In this document: positions 1-10,752 of the stretch, in pieces | Position numbering within the stretch: position 1 is the first letter of the stretch | Layout of the letters: each line of letters begins with the position of its first letter | Translations under genes and position numbers: made by a program | NCBI GenBank assembly: GCA_963704165.1 | Contig: CAVPHD010000003.1 | Coordinates: 96,001 to 160,000, forward strand | DNA: 64,000 nt | Source of the DNA: an uncultured delta proteobacterium | Lineage (GTDB): Bacteria > Myxococcota_A > UBA9160 > SZUA-336 | Direction: 5' to 3' | Notes under the pieces: generated by a model | What the model was told of the DNA's origin: nothing | Databases searched by the model: none | The model's input: only the letters and a program-made list of their open reading frames with translations

Positions 1-889
1 AATCGAGCGGCTCGACCCAGTTGGTCGCCCGCATCGGCAGGCTCGGCTGGTCGAGCGTCGCGCCGCGGCGGTCGTTCGCCTTCATGCTCTCGGCGCCGAA
101 GAGGTAGGTGACGCCGAGCGCGAAGATCTGCTCGGTCAGCTCCTCGCCTTCGGTCGTGGTGTCGTAGTAGCCACCGCGGTAGGCCGCGTACCCGTGCCAG
201 CCTCCCGAAATGCGCTGGTCGTAGCGCACGCCCCAGCCCATCACCCACATGTCGTCGACGTCGTCGATCGCGTTGTTGGCGTTCGCGTACGAAGCCTCCA
301 ACTCGATGCGCTTGTCGTCGTCGATGAAGTACCGACCGACTCCGCGCAGCACGTAGGCGGGGCGGAAGTCCTCTTCGGTGTTTCGGACGTTTCCGCTGAC
401 GCGCGCGGCCTGCAGGTACAGCGTCGCATCGTTGAGGTACGCCTGCCCTTCGAGGCCGATCCAGGATGCGTAGGTCTGATCCTGACCGCCCGTGTCTTCC
501 GTGTAGCCGCGCCCGAAGCCCGCGAAGATGCCGACGAGCCCCTGCTGGGGATCTCGCCAGCTCAGGTGCCCGCCGCCGCCCCACATCGACTTCTGATTGT
601 CCTCGCCATCGGCGTTGACGAAGTTGTAGTCGGCCATCGCGTCGAACTGGGTCGAGAAAGCGCCGCTGATCGGAATCGAGATCGACCCGCTTCCGCCGAT
701 GTTCGGATAGCTCTGGTCGTCGGTCTCGTCCTCGCCCTCCTCGTTCGACTCCTGCAGAAGCGTCCAGCCCGCTTCGGCCGCAACGGTACCGGACGTCAGC
801 AACTCGTCGCTTTGCTCGTTTGCAGCTGCGACACCCACCGTACAAAACACCGCGACGAAACACGTCGCTACGCGAACCCGGACTCCCAT
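1..889 (-). CDS. Predicted outer-membrane beta-barrel protein; stop codon lies at or just beyond the left edge
   Basis: Manual translation from ATG 889 (SD GGGAGG) stays open to position 1. It has a signal peptide (MGVRVRVATCFVAVFCTVGVAAA) and amphipathic strands (GHLSWRDPQQGLVGIFAG, IGLEGQAYL, WGVRYDQ, LGVTYLFG). It is missing from the ORF track because no stop lies inside the window. Confidence 0.75.
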   Translation of the reverse strand, partial: MGVRVRVATCFVAVFCTVGVAAANEQSDELLTSGTVAAEAGWTLLQESNEEGEDETDDQSYPNIGGSGSISIPISGAFSTQFDAMADYNFVNADGEDNQKSMWGGGGHLSWRDPQQGLVGIFAGFGRGYTEDTGGQDQTYASWIGLEGQAYLNDATLYLQAARVSGNVRNTEEDFRPAYVLRGVGRYFIDDDKRIELEASYANANNAIDDVDDMWVMGWGVRYDQRISGGWHGYAAYRGGYYDTTTEGEELTEQIFALGVTYLFGAESMKANDRRGATLDQPSLPMRATNWVEPLD

Positions 890-1034
890 CGTTCCTCCCC
901 CATTTCAACCCGACGATATGATCGGACCGGGCTGCGCACTTCTTCATAGCGATCCGATCCCGGACCCGCTATCGGTTCGCCGGTCGCGCGATCAGTGATA
1001 CCGGTCCAGTCACTGCGAGATCGGAGCCCCTCTG

Positions 1035-2450
1035 TTGCATCGACTCACGGCGTCGAAGTCATGCTATGTCGCCCTGCTCGGTGCGTGGGTTCTCCCGCGC
1101 GTGCTGGGCGTCCTCACCGACTTCTGGCTCGACGAGATCTGGGCGCTCGACATCGTCGGTCGCATCGACTCACCGCTCGACGTCTTCACGCGGATCCACT
1201 TCGACACCAACCACTGGCTGTACTCGCTGCTGCTCTTCTTCATCGGACCGCGCGAGGACTGGATCGCCTACCGACTTCCCGCGCTGGCCGCCGGAATCGC
1301 GACCCTCCCCATGATGGTCGCTCTCGCGCGCCGCGAGGGAAATCTCGAAGCGACGATCGCCCTCCTCCTGGCCGGCTCCTCGTTTCTATTGATCGAGTAC
1401 TCGTCCGAGGCGCGCGGCTACGCACCCGCGGTTCTCTTCTCGCTCGGCGCCTTCTACGCGCTGGGTCGCCAGCTCGAGTCGGGTCGAGTTTCGTGGGCCG
1501 CGGCATTCAACGCGCTCTGCATCCTCGGCCTGCTCTCCCATCTGACGTTCCTGTTCCCGTACGCGGGGCTCCTGGCCTGGTCGGTCGCGGCCGCTCTCGT
1601 GCGCCCGACCCGACCGGCGGCCGCGCTCCGTCGGATCGCCTCGTGTCACGCGCTGCCCCTGCTCTTCTTCCTCGGGCTCTACGTCGTCGACATCCGGCAC
1701 ATCCAGCACGGGGCGGGACCCGAATCGCCCATCGCCTCGATCGTCGGGCGACTCTCGGCTCTGACGCTGGGACTACCCGAAACGGGCGTTTTCCCAGCTG
1801 TCGCGATCGCCGTCTGCGCGGGAATCGCCGTCGCGGGCATCTGGCGACTCCGAAGAGACCCTTCGCGCCGATGGGTCTTCTACGCGATCACGCTGCTCCT
1901 GGCGCCCGCATGCGTCGTGGTCGCGCGCGGGCGCGAGTTCCCGTTCTGGAGCGAGCGACACTTTCTGGTGTGCGTCCCGTTCCTGCTCCTGCTCCTCGCC
2001 AGGCTGCTCGTGCACGTCGCGAACTCGGGACGGCGGGGACGAGCGGCCGCGATCCTCTTCGTCGCGCTCTACGTCACCGGGAACTCGGTCCGGACCTTCG
2101 ACTTCCTCCGTTTCGGCCGCGGACAGTACCGCGAAGCCGTCGAGTACATGTTCGCGCACTCGACGGAGCCCGCCGTCACCGTGGGTAGCGACCACGACTT
2201 CCGCAACTCCATGCTCCTCACCTACTACAGCCGATTCGCGCCAAAGGAACGCCAGCTCGTGTATGTCGGCGAAGACGCCTGGCCGCGCGAAGGCCCGCGC
2301 TGGCTGATCCTGCACAGCACCGACGAGGACCGCGTGGCCGAGCCGCAGTACGTCTTCGCGGACCGCGTCGAATACCGGCTCGCGAAGCAGTTCCCGTTTT
2401 CCGGGGTTTCCGGCTGGCGCTGGGACCTGTACGAGCGAAGGGACGACTAG
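1035..2450 (+). CDS. GT-C fold multi-pass membrane glycosyltransferase (PMT/ArnT-like)
   Basis: FWLDE motif after the first TM helix, YSSEARGYA motif, many hydrophobic helices and a small soluble C-terminal domain. Confidence 0.75.
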   Translation: MHRLTASKSCYVALLGAWVLPRVLGVLTDFWLDEIWALDIVGRIDSPLDVFTRIHFDTNHWLYSLLLFFIGPREDWIAYRLPALAAGIATLPMMVALARREGNLEATIALLLAGSSFLLIEYSSEARGYAPAVLFSLGAFYALGRQLESGRVSWAAAFNALCILGLLSHLTFLFPYAGLLAWSVAAALVRPTRPAAALRRIASCHALPLLFFLGLYVVDIRHIQHGAGPESPIASIVGRLSALTLGLPETGVFPAVAIAVCAGIAVAGIWRLRRDPSRRWVFYAITLLLAPACVVVARGREFPFWSERHFLVCVPFLLLLLARLLVHVANSGRRGRAAAILFVALYVTGNSVRTFDFLRFGRGQYREAVEYMFAHSTEPAVTVGSDHDFRNSMLLTYYSRFAPKERQLVYVGEDAWPREGPRWLILHSTDEDRVAEPQYVFADRVEYRLAKQFPFSGVSGWRWDLYERRDD

Positions 2451-4012
2451 CCGCGTCCGCGAGGTCTCGGCCTTCGGAAGCGAGAAGCTGCGACACACCC
2501 GGCGATCAGCACCCAAGACGCCGCGATCGGCCAGTCACCGACTCGTGTGTAGAAGGTCGGAGTCGTCCGTCCAGGCGGGATCTCCACCGTAAGCGTGAGT
2601 CGCTCGAAGATCGGTGTCTCCTCGAGAACGACACCGCGCGCGTCGATCACGGCGCTGACTCCGGTGTTCGCCGCCCGAAGCATCGGCAGACCGTTCTCGG
2701 CGGAGCGCAACGCGACGATCGCGAGAAACTGGTGCGGCGCGCTCGAGCGGCTGTACCAGGCGTCGTTGGTCAGGTTGAGGAGCACGCGGGCGCCCGCGCG
2801 CACGGCCGCGCGCACCTCGCCGGGGTACACCGCCTCGTAGCAGATGAGCCCGACGGGGGTCCGCGTGGGATCGAGCGCGGCGAGACCGCGAAGCGGCCGG
2901 ATCCCCGGACCGGCGCTGATGTCGGACAGGTTCGCGAGCCCGCTCGCGACGCCCTCCAGGAATCCGAGCAGCGAACGCAGCGGCACGTACTCTCCGAACG
3001 GCACGAGCACGGCCTTGTCGTAGCGATCCACGACGCCGTCCTCCGGGGTGACGACGAAGAGACTGTTGTGGATGAGAGGCATGCGCTCGCCGGGAACGCG
3101 CGTCAGGCCGATTCCGCCGACGACGAGCGGCACCCGGGCCTCACTCGCGAGCGCGAGCAACGGCTCGCGAAACTCCGGCTGCGCCTCGATGAAACCGGGA
3201 ACCGCGGACTCGGGCCACAGGATCAGATCGGGCCGCTCGTTCGCCACCACCTCGCGCGACAGCTCGAGATGCACGCCGAGATTTCGCTGTGCGCGTTCCG
3301 GATCCCATTTCTCGCCCTGCGGGATGTTCCCCTGGATCATCGCGACGCGAAGCGGCGGATCGCGCGGCGCCGCGAGGTCCGACGCGGACGGCAGCGCGAG
3401 GAAGCCGACCAGGTGGGCGACCGCGAAGAGTCCCAGCGCCGTCGGCCAGCGCCCGACTCCGATGAGCGTCCCCGTGAGCGCGGTGACGAAGGTCAGCCCG
3501 TACACGCCGGTGAGCGACGCCAGCCCGAGCATGGGCAGGTCGAGGTGCGCCGCGTAGCCCAGCGACGCCCAGGTGAACCCGCCGAGAAAGTCGAAGCCGC
3601 GCAGGTGCTCCATCACGAGCCAGGCGGCAGGGAGCACGAGCACGCCCGCGCGTCCCGTGCGCGGGGCGAGCCACACCCACAGCGCACCGGCCGCCCCCGC
3701 GTGCGCCGCGAAAACGCCCGAGACCACGAGCACCGCGCCGACCCCCGCGATCGCCGGCGCGCCGCCGTGCACGGTCACGACGACGTAGAGCCAGAACAAG
3801 ATCAGCGTGAAGCCGAGCCACGAGGCGAAGAAGGTCCACTTGAAGGCCGCACGCGGCCCGAGGTCGGTAAGCAGCGCGGCGAGCGGCGCGAGCGCGAGCC
3901 AGCCCGCAGCCAGGCCCAGATCGAAACGGAGCTCACCGGCGCGAAACGGGAACGCGAGCGCGAGCGTGATCGCGAACAGAAGCGCGAGCGCGATGCGGCG
4001 TCTGAACGTCAC
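2447..4012 (-). CDS. lnt: Apolipoprotein N-acyltransferase
   Basis: TM helices plus a nitrilase domain with QGNIPQ, WPES, YDKAVLVPFGEYVP, ICYE, TNDAWY and RAANTGVS. Confidence 0.95.
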   Translation of the reverse strand: MTFRRRIALALLFAITLALAFPFRAGELRFDLGLAAGWLALAPLAALLTDLGPRAAFKWTFFASWLGFTLILFWLYVVVTVHGGAPAIAGVGAVLVVSGVFAAHAGAAGALWVWLAPRTGRAGVLVLPAAWLVMEHLRGFDFLGGFTWASLGYAAHLDLPMLGLASLTGVYGLTFVTALTGTLIGVGRWPTALGLFAVAHLVGFLALPSASDLAAPRDPPLRVAMIQGNIPQGEKWDPERAQRNLGVHLELSREVVANERPDLILWPESAVPGFIEAQPEFREPLLALASEARVPLVVGGIGLTRVPGERMPLIHNSLFVVTPEDGVVDRYDKAVLVPFGEYVPLRSLLGFLEGVASGLANLSDISAGPGIRPLRGLAALDPTRTPVGLICYEAVYPGEVRAAVRAGARVLLNLTNDAWYSRSSAPHQFLAIVALRSAENGLPMLRAANTGVSAVIDARGVVLEETPIFERLTLTVEIPPGRTTPTFYTRVGDWPIAASWVLIAGCVAASRFRRPRPRGRG

Positions 4013-4446
4013 GCGAGGCGTCGAAGCTCCCAGCGAAGGTGAGCTTCGAGCGCGCGCATGCGATCGCGGTCGGCCGTGCGCAGGTGATCCATGCCGAGCA
4101 GGTGCAGACAGCCGTGGATCAGGAGATCGTCGAGCTCTCGCGAGAGCGGGACGTTCCGCGAGGCCGCCTGGCGCTTCGCGGCGTCGAGAGAGATCACCAC
4201 GTCGCCGAGCAGGGCGCCGGCGAAGTCGGCGCCCACGCCTTCTGCGAGCGCGAACGAGAGTACGTCGGTCGCGCGCGGCCTGCGGCCGTACGCGCCCGCC
4301 AGCCGCGCGATCTCGACGTCGTCCACCAGCGTCACCGAGAGCTCGGCGTCAGTCGATCCCAAGGCGCCTAAGATCGTCCTCGCGCTTCTCGCGAGCGCTC
4401 TCCGATCGACCTCCGGGCCGCGATTCGCGTTCAGATGGACCTTCAT
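4009..4446 (-). CDS. ybeY: rRNA maturation endoribonuclease YbeY
   Basis: ATDVLSF, LGDVVIS and the metal motif IHGCLHLLGMDH. The probable start is ATG 4446. Confidence 0.93.
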   Translation of the reverse strand: MKVHLNANRGPEVDRRALARSARTILGALGSTDAELSVTLVDDVEIARLAGAYGRRPRATDVLSFALAEGVGADFAGALLGDVVISLDAAKRQAASRNVPLSRELDDLLIHGCLHLLGMDHLRTADRDRMRALEAHLRWELRRLA

Positions 4447-6784
4447 CCGCACTCTCTTCGATCCTCCGGCCGAAGGCATCGGTCGCCGCAGGGTAGTCGA
4501 TCCGCTCGTGACGGATCGCGGAGAGCGTGTCGATGAAGCTCCGAGCGATCGAGTGCAGGTCGCGCAGCGTCAGGCTGCAGTCGTCGAGCTGTCCGTCGCG
4601 GAAGTAGTTGTTGATGATGCGCTGCACGAGCTGCTGCACGCGCGCCGGCGAGGTATCGACGAGCGTGCGGGATGCGGCCTCGACCGAGTCCGCGAGCATC
4701 AGGATTCCAGCCTCGCGCGTCTGCGGCTTCGGACCGGGATAGCGGTAGTCGTGCTCCGCGACCAGGTCGCCCTTCTCGGGGTCCGCGATCTCCTTGGCCT
4801 TCTCGTAGAAGTAGCGGATCACGCTCGTGCCGTGGTGCTCGGCGATGCCCTGCCGGATCGGGAGCGCCAGCTTCTCCTTCTCCGCCATCTCGACGCCATC
4901 CTTGACGTGCGCCTGGATGATGCGCGCGGACATCGACGGCGCGAGCTTCTCGTGGCGATTCTCGCCCTGCGTGACCGCCACGTTCTCGACGAAGAATTGC
5001 GGTCTGCGCATCTTGCCGATGTCGTGGTAGTAGCCAGCGACCTTCGCGAGGAGCGCGTTGGCGCCGATCTCTTCCGCCGCCTTCTCCGCGAGGTGGCCGA
5101 CCATCATGCTGTGGTGGTACGTGCCGGGGGCGCGCAGCTCGAGATCGCGGAGAAGCGACTGCTCGCGGTTCGCGAGCTCGAGCAGCTTGATCGCCGTCGT
5201 GTACGAGAAGATCGACTCGACGAGCGGCGCCAGACCCGAAACCAGCACTCCACAGAGCGCGCCCGAGAGCAGCGCGAGCGCGACCGCGAGGGAGCCCACG
5301 ATCAGGGAGAAGTGATTGCCCAGCAGGAGCAGCGCGACCGCGACCACGGCGTTCGCCAGACCCACCCGCAAGCCCGCGCGGAGCAGCGTCCCGCGCTGGG
5401 TGACGTGCGCCGCGCCGATCGCCGCCGTGAGCGAGCCGACCAGCGTGTAGCTGGTGAAGCCGAGATCGCCGTGCACCTGAAACCCCGTGATCAGCGAGAC
5501 GAGAACCGCGAAGAGCGCCGAGGTTTCGGCGCTGTGCACCATGCGCACGAGCATCGTCCCCGCTGCGATCGGAGCGACGAGAATCAGCACGCTCGGCCAC
5601 TGATCGACGATCGGTTGCAGGCGTGGACTGTCGCCGAGTGCGTCCGCAAGGAAGAGCGCGATCGACGTGCCGAACGCGGTCGCCACGAGCGTCGAGAGCA
5701 GGAACCAGGCGTCCTTGGTGCGCCGCGGAAAACGCAACAGGCTCGTCGCGCCGAAGCGCCAGATCACGCGCATCAGCAAGAGCAGGAGAATGGCGACGCC
5801 GGCAAAGACGCTCACGCGCGAGAGCGCGCTCTGCTGGTCGCGAATGCCCTCGAGGATCAGCAGATGCCGCTCCGTGATCGGGTCGCCGTCGCGCACGATG
5901 ATCTCGCCCTTCCGCAGCGAGATCGTCGCCTCCTTCACGCTCGTCTCGGCCGCCTTGCGACGCTCGTCCGTGGCGCGCAGGTTGAAGTTCAGGTTCGGAC
6001 GCAGCATCGCCTTGGCCAACGGCACCAACGCCGTGCGCGTGGCCGGCGGAACTCCCGCGAGCGCGGATTCGGCGCTGCGCTCGAGTTGCTCGCGCGCGGA
6101 CTCCGCGGTGAGCACGCGCTGCGGGGTCTTCAGCGTGCGCTCGTTGCCGGACCCGAGATCGCGCACCAGGACCGTACGCGCTTCGACGTGGCGCTCGAAC
6201 TCGGCGGTCTCGTCGACGATCATTCGCGCCGAAACGCTCTCGACGAGCTGCGTCAACAGGCGCTCGTCGTCGGACGAGAATCCAGTCTTCTCGAGATACT
6301 GGATCGACACGTCAGGAACGGGCGTCTTGGAGCCGAGCGCCTCGCGAAACGCGGCGGCGGGCGAGAGAACCGTCGTCTCGGCGACCGGCTTCGGAGCGGC
6401 CAGCGAGAGCGCCGCACGCGCGCCGGCGAACGCCTTGGCGATCCGCTCGCGCAGGTCGGCCGATCGGTTGTCGTCGAAGTCGTAGACGGTCGGTGATCTC
6501 TCGGCGGCTTCGTTGCGCAGCTTCTCGGTCGCCTGCGGATCGCTGATCGTGAGCGCGGTCGGAGCCTTCTCGTCGCGCTCGGAGATGTCCCCGACCGCGA
6601 TCAACCGGCCCGCACGACCGACGCTCGAGGTGGGAAGTATCTCGAGCGTCAGCAGGGCCGAGAGCACGACGCAGCTCGAGATCGCGGCCGCGAGCAACAT
6701 CGGCGCCGAGGGTCGGACCTCGAGACCGCCGAGAATGCCCCTGCGCCGCGGCGGGACGCGCGTCTTCGCCTCCACCTTCGCCAC
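4349..6784 (-). CDS. 7TM-HD (HDIG) membrane phosphohydrolase, PgpH-like
   Basis: Extracytoplasmic domain, seven TM helices, then APGTYHHS, YYHDIGK, HHGT, YRYPGPKP and MLADSVEAASR. Confidence 0.92.
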   Translation of the reverse strand: MAKVEAKTRVPPRRRGILGGLEVRPSAPMLLAAAISSCVVLSALLTLEILPTSSVGRAGRLIAVGDISERDEKAPTALTISDPQATEKLRNEAAERSPTVYDFDDNRSADLRERIAKAFAGARAALSLAAPKPVAETTVLSPAAAFREALGSKTPVPDVSIQYLEKTGFSSDDERLLTQLVESVSARMIVDETAEFERHVEARTVLVRDLGSGNERTLKTPQRVLTAESAREQLERSAESALAGVPPATRTALVPLAKAMLRPNLNFNLRATDERRKAAETSVKEATISLRKGEIIVRDGDPITERHLLILEGIRDQQSALSRVSVFAGVAILLLLLMRVIWRFGATSLLRFPRRTKDAWFLLSTLVATAFGTSIALFLADALGDSPRLQPIVDQWPSVLILVAPIAAGTMLVRMVHSAETSALFAVLVSLITGFQVHGDLGFTSYTLVGSLTAAIGAAHVTQRGTLLRAGLRVGLANAVVAVALLLLGNHFSLIVGSLAVALALLSGALCGVLVSGLAPLVESIFSYTTAIKLLELANREQSLLRDLELRAPGTYHHSMMVGHLAEKAAEEIGANALLAKVAGYYHDIGKMRRPQFFVENVAVTQGENRHEKLAPSMSARIIQAHVKDGVEMAEKEKLALPIRQGIAEHHGTSVIRYFYEKAKEIADPEKGDLVAEHDYRYPGPKPQTREAGILMLADSVEAASRTLVDTSPARVQQLVQRIINNYFRDGQLDDCSLTLRDLHSIARSFIDTLSAIRHERIDYPAATDAFGRRIEESADEGPSERESRPGGRSESAREKREDDLRRLGID

Positions 6785-6786
6785 GC

Positions 6787-7746
<960 letters not shown>

Positions 7747-7757
7747 TCGACCTCCGG

Positions 7758-8843
7758 TCAGGGGCGGACTCTCCAGAGCGTGAAACCCCCGTCAGACGAG
7801 CGGGCGTAACTGTACCGGTCGAGTGGAACGGCCGCCAAGATCGCAGTCTCGCCGGAAAGCTCGGCGAGCGTGTCCGGATAGGCGCCGCGGACCCAGCGAT
7901 GAACCTCGAGCGCGGCGCGAAGCCGATCGGTGGCCGCCTCGTCGCGCAGGGCTTCGACCGGATCGCCCCCGAACGAGGGCAGCGCCCGTGCGCCCGGCTG
8001 CGCCAGGAACAGCCCGACCGCGAGCACCGCGCAGGCCGCGAGCACCGCGCAGGCGACCCACGGCGCGCGCGAGGTTTCGCGCTCCACCGCGGGCTCCGCG
8101 CTCGGCTCGAGCTGCGCCGCCCGAAGCACGCCCCCACGCATCAACGCAACCAGGCCGCGCGCGCCCTGGAAGGTCCCCAGGCGCGAGAGGTCGATCACCC
8201 GGCGTGCCGCGACGCGGCCATTTGCGAACGAGAACAGCTTCTCGAGATCCCGGCCGGGAACGCCCGAATCGGCTTCGATCGAGGCGCGCTTCTGGCGGAA
8301 GCTCTCGAGCTCCACGACGGCTGCGAGCACCACGGCGAGGTCGGGCAATCCGTTCTGGATCGTCACCCACTCGTCCCGCATTCGCAGCGCGTCGAGCAGC
8401 ACCATCTCGGCCGCGATCGCCTTGTCGCACGGTCCCGGAGTGATCGTCTCGGGGCGGAACGCGAAGCGTCCCTCGTCCCAGAGGAAGAGCTCGAAGATCG
8501 TGTCGCCCGTCGCGAGCTTGGTGATCTGCTCGAGATCCGCGCGAGAGACGAGGTCCATCTGCAGCAGCGTCGGGGCGAGCGCCTCGAGCGTCTCGTCCTG
8601 GCGCTTGCGAGCCTCCGCCAGCGTCGAATCGGAAAGCGCGCCGGTGCGCAGCAGGTATCCAGCCAGCGCCCCGTCCGGTCGCGTTTCGGCCGGTCGCGCG
8701 GAGAGCACCATGCCTTCGAGGAACAGGATCTCGAGCGTTCGCCCACGCCGCTCCACTTCGAGCACACCGGTCTTTCGCGGCTGCGAGATCAGCTGGAAGA
8801 CGTCCGCAACGGGGAAGTCTGCGAGTACGCCCTGAAGGCTCAC
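7758..8843 (-). CDS. DUF4388-domain protein with a C-terminal TM segment
   Basis: GTG 8843 overlaps the upstream TGA (GTGA). SLQGVLADFPVADVFQLI..KTGVL and LFLWDEGRFAF match DUF4388. Confidence 0.8.
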   Translation of the reverse strand: MSLQGVLADFPVADVFQLISQPRKTGVLEVERRGRTLEILFLEGMVLSARPAETRPDGALAGYLLRTGALSDSTLAEARKRQDETLEALAPTLLQMDLVSRADLEQITKLATGDTIFELFLWDEGRFAFRPETITPGPCDKAIAAEMVLLDALRMRDEWVTIQNGLPDLAVVLAAVVELESFRQKRASIEADSGVPGRDLEKLFSFANGRVAARRVIDLSRLGTFQGARGLVALMRGGVLRAAQLEPSAEPAVERETSRAPWVACAVLAACAVLAVGLFLAQPGARALPSFGGDPVEALRDEAATDRLRAALEVHRWVRGAYPDTLAELSGETAILAAVPLDRYSYARSSDGGFTLWRVRP

Positions 8844-10676
8844 GAGCTGCGCCTCAGGCTCGAGAGTCTCCCCGCCGCGTGCCTCAATCCGACCAGATAC
8901 AAGGGAACGACCAGGAGCAGTCCGATCGCGTACGGCGCCGCGATGCCCAGCCCCCCGAGCTCCCACGGGATCGGCAGGAGCGCGGGTGCGCGCAGCATTC
9001 CCACTCCGAGGCCGAGCGCGAACAACGAGACCATCCCGCGCAGCCACCGGCCCTCGACCAGATCGGCCGAGCCGGGTGCGAAGAGCGATCCGGCCGCGAG
9101 TCGGACCTGTGCGTGCTGCTCGCGCCGCCGGTCGAGGTCGAGCTGTTGCTTGCGCATGCGCGGGTCGGTGGTTTCCCGATTCGCGAACAGCCGGACGCAG
9201 GGCGTGCAAGTGCCCGCGAGCATCGCCTCGCGCGAGCAGTGGCTGCAGAGCGGCCGCTTGCAGCGACTGCAGCGCGTGATGGAGCTGCGACGGAGCACGA
9301 GCGCGAGCAGCGCCGAGGATCGGCAGCGAGAGCCAGAGGCGATCAGGCGCGAGCGGTCCGAGCAGCCGTTCGCGCAGCTCACGCGCGAGCGCCTGCGACT
9401 CCGAGCTCGGCGCGAGCGCGCGAGCGAGATACAGCGAGAGCGAGAGCGGCGTCTGGATCAGCACGGAGTGCACGTTCGCGCCATCCGCCGCGAGGTACCG
9501 GTTCACGAGCTTGCCGTCGAGCGAGCTCGCCGCCTTGAAGGCGGACTCCTGCTCCGAGAGGAGCAGTGCGCGTCCATACGCCTGCGAGAGATTGAACATC
9601 ACCGCCGCGGATTCGTCGGCCGAGCGCGCGCGCTCGAAGGCCGGAATCGCCTCGCCGAGATCGCCATCGGCCAGGCGGGCGATTCCGCGCAGATTGAACG
9701 CTGCCGAGCGCAGAGCTGGCTCCGAGCTCGTCGAGGGATCGCCGAGCACTTCGAGCACGCGATCGAGCTCGCCACGTCGCTTCCAGTCCGTCGCCAGCGC
9801 GAAGCGAAACAGCGAGTCGCTCGGATCTCGCGCACTCGCGCGCTGCACGCGGACGACGTCTCCAGGCAGCGCCTCCCCGCGATCGATGCGCCACGCCGCG
9901 ATCAGATCCGACTCGCGTCCGGCGGCGACGAGCGCCGGCGTGATGCGATCGAGCCCGAGCCCCAGGGTTCCGCCGAGAGCGAGCAGCGTGAGCGCGAGCC
10001 GAAGGGCGTGGCCGCGCGAGAGTCGAAGAGCGCCGAGCGCACCCGCGGCGGACACGAGCACGGCGACGCCGACACCGAATAGTGGCAGCGCGCAGACGCC
10101 GGCGACACAGAGCAGCACACCGGGCCAGGCGGGCGGGTCCGAGGTCGTCATCCGGTGGCCGAGCGCGTGGCCGTGGAGCGGCAAGCCGCGGAGGGTCGCC
10201 ACCATGCAGACGCCGAGCCCGAGCCCGAGAAGCCCGCCGAGCAGCCCCATACCCGCGAGCGAGATCAGCCACAGAACCCCGGGGAGATCGTGTCCGAGCG
10301 CGACGAGAGCGGCCCCGACCTCGAGTGGATTTCGCGTCAGCCGAGCCGCCTCGAAGCGCACGCCCGGCGAGCGAGGCGCGAGGTCGACGGCGAGATCCAC
10401 CAGCTCGCCTTGTTGCTGCGCGCGCGCGGCCGCGAGCAGCGCAAATGCGAGTACGGGAAGTTCGGAGTGACCGTGCGCGCGCAGCTCCGAAGCCGCCGCG
10501 CGAACCCGGTCTGCGGTCGGCAACGCGGCCGAGCTCTCGGGCTCCGGCTGCGCCCCGGTGGGCACCTCGAGCGGATCGGCGCGGCGCACGTCTCCGTCCG
10601 CGCGCACCCAGGGTGCGAGCCAGAAGAGCGCCAGCAGCGCCAGCGCCGCCGCGCGCGTTCGCGGAGATCCGCGCAC
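8840..10676 (-). CDS. Membrane TPR protein with a Cys-rich zinc-finger-like segment; one frameshift near 9310
   Basis: Signal peptide, TM helices and TPRs (AAFNLRGIARL, VMFNLSQAY). It continues in another frame with CSRCKRPLCSHC..CTPC and more TM helices to the stop at 8840. Confidence 0.7.
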
Positions 10677-10752
10677 CCTTCTCCTCTCGATGCAAAAGGT
10701 CGAGCTACCTGATGATTCGGCGGGCGGCTGCGCACTCTGAAGCCGCCGGGAC

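Noticed and set aside
7758..10676. 972-aa TPR-DUF4388 fusion ORF in the track
   Set aside because: A frameshift near 9310 creates it. The true TPR C-terminus lies in another frame and ends at 8840, overlapping the DUF4388 GTG start.
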